From IMG/VR virus record IMGVR_UViG_3300045988_109049: a stretch of DNA of 64,000 nucleotides, one strand, 5' to 3'. The translations under genes and the position numbers were made by a program. Positions 18,702 to 28,093 of this stretch are shown piece by piece; position 1 is the stretch's first letter, and each line of letters opens with the position of its first letter. The DNA comes from a virus. The notes beneath the pieces were generated by a model that had not been told where the DNA came from, did not search any database, and saw only the letters and a program-made list of their open reading frames with translations.

Positions 18702-21266
18702 TTAATCACATCTTGAATAACCACAATTCATGCAGTGTGTACAACCTCCATCTCTAACTAGGTTTCCTCCACACTCTGGGCACACTTCTCCTTTAATCTC
18801 TGAAGATTTAATATACTTGGCTAATATTCTACACATGGCAGAACTGAAGGAAGTTATATTATCATTTACTTTTTTGGCTGTTTTAGTAATAAATTCAATG
18901 CTAACTCCATGTCTTAATAGCATTGATGAATACAAAGTAGCAGCTTTCTCCTCTATATTAGTATTAGCCAATTGTAAATCAGATAATTGAATAAATTTAC
19001 TATCAAAGCTGTAATGCATTTTACCCTTCTTGATAATCTTTCCTTTGTGGGGAGGAATATCGATAGGTCTCAGAGGTCTGAATGCAAAAACCTCATAAGG
19101 CTTCCCTTCTAATAGTCCTACAAGAACGATAAATTGCTCCCCCTTTACTCTGACTTGATGATAGTCAGCCTCGAGCTCTTTAGGTCTTTTAGGAGCCTGT
19201 CTATTATCTATTATAGCAGGCTTTTCTATCTTATTCAGAACTCCTTCTCTGCAGCCATCTCTGTATATAGTTTGTCCTTTGTTTCCAGTCTTCCATGCTT
19301 CTATATAGATATCAGCAATTTCTTCCTCAGTAATTTCTTTTGGGAGATTTATAGTAGAACTGATGCTATGGGTAATATATTTCTGTATAATACCCTGCAA
19401 CTTAATTCTCTGTCTCCAATTAATTTCTGATGCGGTAGATCCATAATAAGGACTATCCTTGAAAGCTATTTTGAGATACTCTATATCCTGTAACCTCTCC
19501 AGATATTCATTACTATTAAAGTTACCTCCAAATGTAGAAAAGCAAAGCCACTTTGCTAGATTAGGATGAACCACGGTAAATAGGGTATATTTCTCCCCCT
19601 TCACATCTGTGTAGTCGGCTCTGTCATTAGGAGACATACATTTTCTTTTTCTTTCATAGAAAGGTAAAAACACAGGTTCAATACCAGAAGAACATTGAGC
19701 CATAATACTCACAGTACCTGTAGGTGCGACGGTTGACCAGCTTATATTCCTTCGACCATAACATCTCATTTTAGCAGTTGTTGAGGTGAAATTTTCATTA
19801 ATGAAATTATACCACTCATTCTTACCAAAAACAAGTGATTCTTTGGTTTCAAACTCCTTGGATGCATCCCAGGCTGGGAATGCTCCTCTTTCAATAGCCA
19901 TATCTATTTGAGCATCAAACTGACCATTGAATATAATCTTCATCAGTTGCTCTACATTTTCAATACCCTCGTCAGAGTCATATTTCAATCCTAACATAGC
20001 TATGGCATCTGCTAACCCAGTAAACCCAAGACCTGCTCTTCTACCTCTTCTAGTAGTCTCCTTTATCCTATTCCACAGATTAAATTCTACAAAATCTTTT
20101 TCATCTTTAACTACATTTATGATTTTATCTATGGCTTCCAGTTCAAGATCTACTAAGTCATCTGCTAATCTCATAGCTTCATAAGAATGTTTGTAGAGTA
20201 ATTCTTCATTGATATGTGCCATATCTGTAAATGGATCTACTATGTAACTTGTTAAATTAATATGAATTAATCTACAACTATCAAAGGGACCCATTGGTAT
20301 TTCACCGCAAGGATTTGTCCCGATCATCTTAAATTCTTCATAAACACCATCAGGAGCATAATTATGCATGGTACTTTCAAATATTATTCCAGGTTCTGCA
20401 GTATTATATGCACAATGCATTAGAGTATTCCATAATTTTCTTGCTTTAATCTTTTTCAGATAAACCCTCTTATCAACGGAAAGAGATTCTCCAATACAAA
20501 GCAACTTGTCATATTCCATCTCCTCTAGTTGTGATGGACTATAGTTAGTATATACTGGCCATCTAAGCAAATAATCCTTATCATCAACTACTGCTTTCAT
20601 AAATTCATCTGTAACCTTCACACTGATATTAGCACCAGTCACTTTAGTAAGATCTTGTTTCTTAGTGATAAATTCCTCAATATCAGGATGATTTATATTT
20701 ATACTTAACATTAAAGCTCCCCTACGGCCTCCTTGTGCTACCTCATTAGTAATATCAGAACATACTTCCATGAAAGAGGCTGCCCCTGTAGATACCTTTG
20801 CAGCATTATTTACTTTAGTTCCTCTTGGTCTCAAGTTGGATAGATCATAGCCAACACCTCCTCGTCTTTTCATAAGTTGAACCTGTTGACTTCTAGTATT
20901 CATTATGCTAGAATAACTATCTTCTGGAGATCCTATTACAAAGCAGTTAGATAAAGAGACTAATTTTCCTGTGCCTAATCCAGACATGACAGAACCTCCA
21001 GGGATTACATACTTAAATCTTTTAAACAATTCGTATATATCCTCCTCTTTTAGCTCTTTCCTATTATATCCATAAGAGGATAACATTAATTTGTCCTTTT
21101 GACTGATAGAAGTATTATCTGCATATTCCCTCTCTATTCTACCAAATTCCTTAGCAAGTCTTCTATGCATATCATCAGGAGTTCTCTCTCCTTCCATAGC
21201 ATACTTGTTTTTCCATGTAGAAGCTGCTAACTCATCTCCATTAAAGTAATTTAATAAATCATTCAT
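18702..21266 (-). CDS. nrdJ: ribonucleotide reductase, class II (adenosylcobalamin-dependent) type
   Basis: The active-site TNPCGEI is present. N-terminus STWKNKYA. C-terminal Cys cluster CPECGG..CTHCMNCGYSRC is typical of NrdJ. Single-chain size, no separate beta subunit nearby. Confidence 0.8.
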   Translation of the reverse strand: MNDLLNYFNGDELAASTWKNKYAMEGERTPDDMHRRLAKEFGRIEREYADNTSISQKDKLMLSSYGYNRKELKEEDIYELFKRFKYVIPGGSVMSGLGTGKLVSLSNCFVIGSPEDSYSSIMNTRSQQVQLMKRRGGVGYDLSNLRPRGTKVNNAAKVSTGAASFMEVCSDITNEVAQGGRRGALMLSININHPDIEEFITKKQDLTKVTGANISVKVTDEFMKAVVDDKDYLLRWPVYTNYSPSQLEEMEYDKLLCIGESLSVDKRVYLKKIKARKLWNTLMHCAYNTAEPGIIFESTMHNYAPDGVYEEFKMIGTNPCGEIPMGPFDSCRLIHINLTSYIVDPFTDMAHINEELLYKHSYEAMRLADDLVDLELEAIDKIINVVKDEKDFVEFNLWNRIKETTRRGRRAGLGFTGLADAIAMLGLKYDSDEGIENVEQLMKIIFNGQFDAQIDMAIERGAFPAWDASKEFETKESLVFGKNEWYNFINENFTSTTAKMRCYGRRNISWSTVAPTGTVSIMAQCSSGIEPVFLPFYERKRKCMSPNDRADYTDVKGEKYTLFTVVHPNLAKWLCFSTFGGNFNSNEYLERLQDIEYLKIAFKDSPYYGSTASEINWRQRIKLQGIIQKYITHSISSTINLPKEITEEEIADIYIEAWKTGNKGQTIYRDGCREGVLNKIEKPAIIDNRQAPKRPKELEADYHQVRVKGEQFIVLVGLLEGKPYEVFAFRPLRPIDIPPHKGKIIKKGKMHYSFDSKFIQLSDLQLANTNIEEKAATLYSSMLLRHGVSIEFITKTAKKVNDNITSFSSAMCRILAKYIKSSEIKGEVCPECGGNLVRDGGCTHCMNCGYSRCD

Positions 21267-22332
21267 TATTTAACCAATCTGTTATCATGTTAGTTTTTGA
21301 AATATTTATAGGATATTCTACATTATTAGTAGAATAATGGTGGAGCTCTGATACTATCTTACTCCAATGCCTACATAAGTATTGCTTGTTTCTTCCATAG
21401 ATGTGATCTTCAAATCCAACAGTATCCTCATATATCCATATGAGAGGTTTTTTATTATATTTATTGATTACTATAAATCTGTAATCTAATAATCTATAAT
21501 TCTTATAAAGATCATCCTTATCTAGAGTTTGCCTTATAAGATACCAATAAAGCTGAGCTTGTATCCAATAATTCCAGTCTATAAAAGATTTATAAAATTC
21601 CCATTCATTCTTTCCAGATGTTTTTAAATCACAAGGTATAATGGATTTATCCTTATGATTAACTACTAGTAAGTCCGCCATACATCTCAATGGGATCCCA
21701 TTCCATTCTCCTTTGAACTTTAATTGATAAAACCTCTCTATTTCAGGATTAAATGGGTTATTAGGTTCAAAGTACCACTTAGTCATTCTATGTGTTTTCA
21801 ATACTTCTACACATTCACAGGCACTTATGTAATCTTTAGTTGATACTAATGTTTTATCTTTGGATAAAAATAATAGAGAGTAATAATCTCTACACTCTTC
21901 TTTTATCTTTCTTATTCTATAGGAGGCATACTTAGGATTGGAATAATATCCACAAGATTCCCCAATACTTGATATAATACTGTCTGGTATTTGCTCTATA
22001 CTACTATAAGATTCATGGCATGTATTGAATAGCATTTTGGCTACCTGAGCCAGAGAGTCACTAATGTTAGGAAGTTCAGCTACCTCATATCTTTTATTGA
22101 ACTCTTCTTGACCATCTGTAAGAAGAGTATCTACCATACTACCAAATAACAAAGAAGGAGTCTCTACTTTATCATATAAATTCCTCAAACCATTAAATCC
22201 TTCTCTGTTAAATCTAGCTATAGTGGAATAAGAATAGGCTTGATCGGACCTATATTCCTCCTCATTTACTTTCCACGAAATATCATATAAAGACTTCATA
22301 ATCCGAATTATTAAAATCATTGGGCAATTCAA
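21259..22332 (-). CDS. PD-(D/E)XK (RecB/Cas4-like) exonuclease
   Basis: MADLLVV...IIPCDLKTSGK...QAQLYWY gives D...D-x-K plus QxxxY. The start is more likely the internal MKSLYDISW. Confidence 0.65.
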   Translation of the reverse strand: MNCPMILIIRIMKSLYDISWKVNEEEYRSDQAYSYSTIARFNREGFNGLRNLYDKVETPSLLFGSMVDTLLTDGQEEFNKRYEVAELPNISDSLAQVAKMLFNTCHESYSSIEQIPDSIISSIGESCGYYSNPKYASYRIRKIKEECRDYYSLLFLSKDKTLVSTKDYISACECVEVLKTHRMTKWYFEPNNPFNPEIERFYQLKFKGEWNGIPLRCMADLLVVNHKDKSIIPCDLKTSGKNEWEFYKSFIDWNYWIQAQLYWYLIRQTLDKDDLYKNYRLLDYRFIVINKYNKKPLIWIYEDTVGFEDHIYGRNKQYLCRHWSKIVSELHHYSTNNVEYPINISKTNMITDWLNNE

Positions 22333-22576
22333 GCCTCATTAAATACACATCTACTTCAGATTTGAGTATATGTAAACCTTCTAGATCAATTTTAGCATAT
22401 TCTGGTCTTGGGTGTTCACTAGTCACATTCTTTTTTACTTTAAGTATTGCCGAATCTACTAACTCTTTTAATGAAGAGAAATCTCGACTGTCTAAGAATT
22501 TGTAACCCAAGTTAATATCTTTTTCAGGAAGTAAACTAATTAATTTTCTAATTCTCTCTACTGGTGTACTATTCAT
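22283..22576 (-). CDS. hypothetical protein
   Basis: Co-oriented ORF. Confidence 0.5.
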   Translation of the reverse strand: MNSTPVERIRKLISLLPEKDINLGYKFLDSRDFSSLKELVDSAILKVKKNVTSEHPRPEYAKIDLEGLHILKSEVDVYLMRLELPNDFNNSDYEVFI

Positions 22577-23066
22577 AATTCTTTATAATTTCTATTGCTT
22601 GAAGAAGCTGTTTCTTAGTATATACCTCAAAATAAATAGATTTCTCTCCTTTTTCTAGGTGTAATCTATCTAGGTAATGCAGAAACATCTTCTTTTTAAT
22701 ATAGAATACATCATTCTCTATCCCTTTGGCTTCAATATACACATTGAGATTATTATACTTAAAATAGAAATCTGGAGTATATCTAATACCTACCAATTTT
22801 CCAGTCTTCTGTACTAGCATCCTCGATGGACAATTATTTACCCCCTCCTCAAGTCTCTTGGCTACCTGTCTATCTGTCTCCTTATCATAATAAGGGGTTA
22901 TTGGTTGGAACCCCTCCCATAAAGTAAAAGTCTTAGGCTCATATTGAGGATTGAATCCATGTTGCAGAAGGATATTATAAAATCTCTTCTCTATAACACT
23001 CTTAAAGGTAATGCTACTATCCTTGCAGACAGTAGCATTCCTTATCTTTTTATTTGCAGTTTTCAT
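22569..23066 (-). CDS. T7 endonuclease I-like Holliday junction resolvase (PD-(D/E)XK)
   Basis: IRYTPDFYFKYNNLNVYIEAKG...KKKMF parallels the T7 gp3 pattern YTPDF....vE.KG. Confidence 0.6.
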   Translation of the reverse strand: MKTANKKIRNATVCKDSSITFKSVIEKRFYNILLQHGFNPQYEPKTFTLWEGFQPITPYYDKETDRQVAKRLEEGVNNCPSRMLVQKTGKLVGIRYTPDFYFKYNNLNVYIEAKGIENDVFYIKKKMFLHYLDRLHLEKGEKSIYFEVYTKKQLLQAIEIIKNYE

Positions 23067-23641
23067 TTAAAGTCAAAACATTCTTGCGTTAGCAAATTTT
23101 GAAGCTCTTCCAATAATCCAAGAGCAATTTGGGCTTCTCTGGCAGATCTGAAAGCAGCGAAGTTTTTGTAATCCTTGATACATCCTTTTCTCAGGTTATA
23201 AACTTTCATACTAATTATATCTACCATATATATGTCAGGGCTATTACTAATATGATCTTCATAATTGGCATCTAGATCGATAGCTATTTCCCTTAAGAAC
23301 ATAGTATATAGTGAAGCTGGACAAATATTAAGTAAGGTAAAAAGGAATTCCATAGAATTCTCTTCATTTAGACTGGATTTTTGGCATATTTTCCTAAGAT
23401 AATACTCTACATCTTTTTCAGATTTAAGGGGTCCTTCTTCTAGATCTTCTCTCTCTACTATTAAACCTTTTTTAATTAGTTTACTTATGCTATTAGAAAG
23501 TACAATAAATTCTTGAATTACAGAAAAGTAATCTCCCCTACGTACTCTTCTTATAACGTCACCCATTTTTACTTCTTCACCTGCTTTAGTGTAATACCTT
23601 TTCTTATTCATATTTTTCTGTTTAATGTCAATATTCTTCAT
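23063..23641 (-). CDS. hypothetical protein
   Basis: Co-oriented ORF, overlapping starts and stops. Confidence 0.6.
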   Translation of the reverse strand: MKNIDIKQKNMNKKRYYTKAGEEVKMGDVIRRVRRGDYFSVIQEFIVLSNSISKLIKKGLIVEREDLEEGPLKSEKDVEYYLRKICQKSSLNEENSMEFLFTLLNICPASLYTMFLREIAIDLDANYEDHISNSPDIYMVDIISMKVYNLRKGCIKDYKNFAAFRSAREAQIALGLLEELQNLLTQECFDFK

Positions 23642-24119
23642 ACCATTTTATGGAATACCCATAAATATCTCTTAATTTTTTATCTATTTCATCAAATAGA
23701 TAATGAGGCATCTTTGTCCCACTCCTTGCAAAGTATGCAGGATGCTCAATTTTTAAAATGTGATTAAATCTTTTATTAATATATAGATCAAATGTTTGAG
23801 CTTGCTTACCGAATAATACATATATAATGGAACAAGAACATTCAGATAGATTCTTTAATAGTTTGGCTATGAATGGTCTCCAAACCATGACATGAGAACC
23901 TATTTTATTCATCTCCACTGTGAGGGCAGAATTAATCATTAATATACCCTGCTTGGCCCAACTCTCTAAAGTTTGGTCAAAGATAATATTATTGTGGGGA
24001 ATTTCAAAATCTATTACTGCTTCTTTTATCACTTGAAGAGAAGGAGATAAATTCTCTTCTAAGACTTCCTTCCTATTTCCAAATAATACACCAGTGGCTA
24101 TTCCTTTCTGGGGATAAGG
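23628..24119 (-). CDS. ung: uracil-DNA glycosylase family 1, 3' exon
   Basis: Begins PYPQKGIATGVLFG, then QGILMINSALTV, VLFGKQAQ, IEHPAYFA. The intron-terminal G is at 24120. The ORF-track Met is a TTG inside the intron/exon junction. Confidence 0.8.
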   Translation of the reverse strand, partial: PYPQKGIATGVLFGNRKEVLEENLSPSLQVIKEAVIDFEIPHNNIIFDQTLESWAKQGILMINSALTVEMNKIGSHVMVWRPFIAKLLKNLSECSCSIIYVLFGKQAQTFDLYINKRFNHILKIEHPAYFARSGTKMPHYLFDEIDKKLRDIYGYSIKWYEEY

Positions 24120-24260
24120 CAATTTGTTACCCTAACAGCTCTTTATCTGTTAGTTCTATATGTTACCATATAGTTCGGACTATATCTTCATTGTTTACAA
24201 TGCAGGGCACTCGTGTCAGGTTTATTATTTGAGCTATTCACCTGTTAGTCTCTGAACCTT

Positions 24261-24965
24261 CTACATACTTTTATGCTCTTCTGTAGCTTGGCTGCTGATT
24301 GACTCATTAAGTTGTTCCAGCAATTCACCCTGTTTATCCAGAACCCTTCTTTTACTATAAGTAATTAATTTATACTGCATAGATGGAATAACAAAATCTT
24401 TAATCAGCTCTACAAATTTAGGAAAATCCTTAGCTTGCAGATACATACTATTATCATGCTTGCCTACAGTAAAATGTAAATCAAATTTATCTAATAATAT
24501 ATTAGCTAATAAAGATTGTTCTTCTAAAGTAAAAGAACAAGTAGATAAGATACATGAATTTTTAGTTACATAACCATCGTCCATATACCATATAGCTAAA
24601 CCTAAAGTATCCATATCTTTTACAAATTCTTCAAAAACTCTTTTATGACCATTAGAATCATAGTATTTTAATCTTATATTTGTAAAGATAGGATGTAATC
24701 TAGATTTAAATCTATACCCTACTAATTCGTGTGAATATCTTTTATTATTTATATGATACTCAACTATAGGAGATACTAAATTATACTTATTTAGTATATT
24801 CCATTTATACTCAAGATATTCTTTTTGTTTTTCAGAATGTGCTATACTAAGACACATATTCTTAGTTTTACTTCCTACTGAACAAAAACATCCATCTCCT
24901 AATAAACTTCCTATAAGAAGTTGTTTTAAGTCATTACCCATTTCTAAATCTTTATGATTCTTCAT
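24261..24965 (-). CDS. LAGLIDADG homing endonuclease (double-motif)
   Basis: LIGSLLGDGCF and LAIWYMDDGYV. The C-terminal codons overlap intron P4-P6 and R. Confidence 0.85.
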   Translation of the reverse strand: MKNHKDLEMGNDLKQLLIGSLLGDGCFCSVGSKTKNMCLSIAHSEKQKEYLEYKWNILNKYNLVSPIVEYHINNKRYSHELVGYRFKSRLHPIFTNIRLKYYDSNGHKRVFEEFVKDMDTLGLAIWYMDDGYVTKNSCILSTCSFTLEEQSLLANILLDKFDLHFTVGKHDNSMYLQAKDFPKFVELIKDFVIPSMQYKLITYSKRRVLDKQGELLEQLNESISSQATEEHKSM

Positions 24966-24987
24966 ACTATCAAAATTTTTAATAGTA

Positions 24988-24995
24988 CAAAGATA
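24988..24995 (-). promoter_or_regulatory. Candidate -7 element TATCTTTG for the intron LAGLIDADG gene
   Basis: The minus strand reads TATCTTTG about 25 nt upstream of the start at 24965. The -33 element matches 3 of 4. Confidence 0.45.
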
Positions 24996-25053
24996 AGGTA
25001 TTTGACCTAATATTACAATACTTTAAGTAAATTATTTATAGTTACTTATTAAA

Positions 25054-25239
25054 ATCCTGTCCCAGAAACACTACCTTCAAATCCTCGAATAGACATAACT
25101 TAAAAGCCCTAAACACATCAGTTTGCTTAGGGCATACAGACTTTATCATATACTCCTTAGATAATATATTCATTACATGATTAAGCTCTACTTTATCAAT
25201 GACCTTCATCCAACCTCCAAAATATTCTTCTGTCGTCAT
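25054..25239 (-). CDS. ung: uracil-DNA glycosylase family 1, 5' exon
   Basis: Ends ..LKVVFLGQD, the first half of GQDPY. The start overlaps the upstream ORF stop by 4 nt. Confidence 0.8.
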
Positions 25240-25946
25240 TCCAGTGCTAGTAAATCGTCTATATTATTTTCTAAAAGATTATTTAGAGATTCATTTATAT
25301 CTTCACCTTGAGGTGGAGGAATAGTCTTTATGAACTCTTCAGCATTATCTATTTTAACTTCCACTTGGCTTAGGTATCCATAATCTGCCAATTCCGAAAG
25401 GAATGCAGGAATAACCCTTTTAATTATATGTTTCTCTAATATACCTGGTCTATCTAACAAGAATAGTGTCGGAGACACATGTACTACTATCTTTCTAGTA
25501 GGAGCTAACCTGCGATCCTTCAATACGTAACAGGAGTTAACCATTAGTAACATATTCATGCATCTATCTAATATTATTCCTCTGCATCCATAGTACACCT
25601 GATCTTTACAAGACACTTTACTCAAGGAGAATGAATCAAATAAGGCTCTAATTAATGAGCTATTTCCTAATGCAGTATTCTCTTTTGAGTTTAAGAACAC
25701 AGGAGTAACTATTCTACATTTTCTTGACAACAACTCATCTAACTTACTCCCAGATAGTTTAGAGAATCGGCTCCTCAGTATAGTGGGAATCTCTATATTC
25801 ATATCCTCTTTTAGAGTAGCTTCAACAAGAATTCTATACGGGTTTGTATTGTTAATTCCATATAGTGGAGGGGCAGATACTGAGGGTCCACTAATTAATA
25901 TTGCTTTGTGTAAGTCCTTTATATATTTTCCTGAAAAAATCATCAT
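25236..25946 (-). CDS. hypothetical protein, last gene of the Ubl-system operon (acidic C-terminal tail)
   Basis: ATGA-type overlaps with the E1-like gene upstream and UDG downstream. No motif recognised. Confidence 0.7.
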   Translation of the reverse strand: MMIFSGKYIKDLHKAILISGPSVSAPPLYGINNTNPYRILVEATLKEDMNIEIPTILRSRFSKLSGSKLDELLSRKCRIVTPVFLNSKENTALGNSSLIRALFDSFSLSKVSCKDQVYYGCRGIILDRCMNMLLMVNSCYVLKDRRLAPTRKIVVHVSPTLFLLDRPGILEKHIIKRVIPAFLSELADYGYLSQVEVKIDNAEEFIKTIPPPQGEDINESLNNLLENNIDDLLALE

Positions 25947-26893
25947 GATATAGTTTTAAAATACATAGTTTCTGCATTATATTCAGTATAGAACGGAAGG
26001 TCCCTGTCTATAAGTGGATTACATTTATTTGCTATAAAATTGACAAACAAATTAACTATAACGGATCCAATCATATTAGCCATAAAAGTAGTTTGTTTAT
26101 AACTGCATACAGTAGGATCGGCCTCAAAGTCTGAGAACAAATAAGGTTCATATCTTCGTATATTATCCATATCGTCTCCTTTTATACAGAACACTTGAAA
26201 TTCTTCTGCTGCCAATCTGCCATCTATAAACAGACATTCTTCTCGTCTTTCTTTGGGTAATTCTAACACCTTATCAGTCCAATTCTTAAAAGCATCTTTT
26301 CTAGCTTTCATATTATCGAACCCACAAATAGTTATTCCAGTTATGGTTGAAGAGGTATCCAGTTTTTTAGTTAAAGCTGAAACACTATAATAGTCTGAAT
26401 AATTTTCTATCATATCTGCTATAGCATTTGCCTTATAAAGACCTATTTGAGACTTACTATATAACTGTCCAGACAAATTAACTGTTTCTACCTTATCTGG
26501 GTCATATAAAGTTAGTGACCTGACATCCATTCTAGATAACATAAATACTACATAGCTTCCTATCCCTCCTAATCCAGCTACAGTAATATTTTGCTTAAGT
26601 ATCTTATCGAACCAAAGGGCAGAGCTAAATCTCGATGTTTCTTCTTTTATTAATAAGGTCTCAGAATTTTCAGGAATTTTATCTATAACCAAATCCTGAT
26701 CTATTAGTGCAGATATTAACATAGAATGTTCTTCTTCATTAAGATAAAATCTACTACCTTCTACAGTAATTTCACTAACAAATTCTCCATCCATAATAAC
26801 TTGCCTAATACTGGAAATAGCCTTTCCTTTGATTAACTCTATTAAGTCTCCTACAGGTAGTGATTCATTAGTGTTTTGATCTAAGCTTTTCAT
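25943..26893 (-). CDS. ThiF/MoeB/E1-like adenylyltransferase (ubiquitin-activating-enzyme superfamily)
   Basis: Rossmann nucleotide loop VAGLGGIGSYVVFMLSR, then LYDPDKVETVNLSGQLY (E1 pattern D.D.V...NL.RQ) and GFDNMKARK (DN...R). Confidence 0.75.
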   Translation of the reverse strand: MKSLDQNTNESLPVGDLIELIKGKAISSIRQVIMDGEFVSEITVEGSRFYLNEEEHSMLISALIDQDLVIDKIPENSETLLIKEETSRFSSALWFDKILKQNITVAGLGGIGSYVVFMLSRMDVRSLTLYDPDKVETVNLSGQLYSKSQIGLYKANAIADMIENYSDYYSVSALTKKLDTSSTITGITICGFDNMKARKDAFKNWTDKVLELPKERREECLFIDGRLAAEEFQVFCIKGDDMDNIRRYEPYLFSDFEADPTVCSYKQTTFMANMIGSVIVNLFVNFIANKCNPLIDRDLPFYTEYNAETMYFKTIS

Positions 26894-26908
26894 ATTATCA
26901 TTTCTCCT

Positions 26909-28093
26909 TTAAAAAATATAATCACTTAATATTTTAATACATTCTTCTATGTATATATTACTATCAAGCTTCTCTAATTCTTCTTTGATTGCAGTAGCAC
27001 ATAATGTAACTATCTCATCATTATCCACTCCTTGTCCAACCAAATCCTCATCTATTGTATACCAACACAGGAATTCTATAAATCCTTCAGCCCACTTCTT
27101 GAACATCTCCAGTCCTTCTTCTCCCTTCCCAAATCTTCTTTCATATATAGGTATCATTCCTGCTACCCAAGATTTTATATTTATTTTACTTTCTCTAGGG
27201 ATAACCACACTTCCTGTTACCAATTGAAGGGTTAAAGACTTTGCCAGACCTTTATTAAAACTATACTTCTTTGTATCATCTCTAAATTTTAAAGTCTGCT
27301 GTCTCTGACCTAAATCATCTTCTTCCATTAGATTATATATATCCTTTTGTGTCAATGGTTCAAACTTGGAAAAAGGCTTATACGTGTGAAGAGGAGGATC
27401 AAATCTACTATTTATTTTCTGAATCTTAGACTCCTCTATCTCTTTAAGTCTGGATTCTAACTCTGTATATTCACTACACCCTTCTACTTCTATATCAAGA
27501 TAGTAATATTCCAATTCCTCAGTATTAGTTCCTTCAAAATTTCGAACTTCCTTGATTTGGGTGTTACCAAAACTAGGATAGCAGAAACTTTCCACAATAC
27601 ACTTGTTAACCAATCTTCTAGTTATGGCTGCTGTATAATTCCCTCTATTATTAACTATTAAGGAAACAAAGTGATTTCTATCCAATCCTTCCTCTTTCAG
27701 AGTTCTTATATCTGTTCCACTGAAGAAGGTATCCATGTTATTATGTGAATGGATTAATCCCATATGACAATCTAGCAGCTCAGGGTTGTTCGCTACATAA
27801 CTGCATACATCAGGAGACATATCAAACTCCGTATAAGCAGAACTTCCGATATCCATAACACATATATCTTCACATTTTATGATTAGACTTCTATCTTCAA
27901 AGGATCCCTCAGATGTAAAAAATAGAACTCCAGACCACTCATCTTTCCATACCTTTCTACATATGTATCTTATTTTTTCTTCTACTTTCTTCGGTATTAT
28001 CATTTTATAAGTAGTAGAATTCTTGGTCATCTGAATTATTTGTTCCTCTGCTTTTTTCTGACTCATCTCTGAGACTTGATTTATTCCTTCCAT
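26909..28093 (-). CDS. JAB/MPN+ (JAMM) metalloprotease with a C-terminal extension of about 200 aa
   Basis: Exact JAMM motif HSHNNMDTFFSGTD (HxHx7Sx2D), with an upstream Glu in KDEWSGVLFF. An alternative ATG at 28003 lies 1 nt after the upstream stop (TAAAATG) and would remove the 89-nt overlap. Confidence 0.8.
   Translation of the reverse strand: MEGINQVSEMSQKKAEEQIIQMTKNSTTYKMIIPKKVEEKIRYICRKVWKDEWSGVLFFTSEGSFEDRSLIIKCEDICVMDIGSSAYTEFDMSPDVCSYVANNPELLDCHMGLIHSHNNMDTFFSGTDIRTLKEEGLDRNHFVSLIVNNRGNYTAAITRRLVNKCIVESFCYPSFGNTQIKEVRNFEGTNTEELEYYYLDIEVEGCSEYTELESRLKEIEESKIQKINSRFDPPLHTYKPFSKFEPLTQKDIYNLMEEDDLGQRQQTLKFRDDTKKYSFNKGLAKSLTLQLVTGSVVIPRESKINIKSWVAGMIPIYERRFGKGEEGLEMFKKWAEGFIEFLCWYTIDEDLVGQGVDNDEIVTLCATAIKEELEKLDSNIYIEECIKILSDYIF

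Larger units (their letters stand above)
24120..25053 (-). mobile_element. Group I intron splitting the UDG GQD|PY water-activating loop, with a LAGLIDADG ORF
   Basis: P GGGUGAAUUGCUGGAAC (24314-24330), Q AAUCAGCAGCCAAG (24287-24301), R GGUUCAGAGACUAAC (24246-24258), S GAAGAUAUAGUCCG (24177-24189). The 3' end is GGGUAACAAAUUG. The 5' exon ends ..GGACAGGAU. Confidence 0.85.

Noticed and set aside
18702-21266. Inteins in NrdJ (also checked in DnaB-like helicase, TerL and PolA), since introns are abundant here.
   Set aside because: Catalytic motifs are contiguous. I saw no Hint-type blocks or extra LAGLIDADG/HNH domains inside these ORFs. Sizes are normal.
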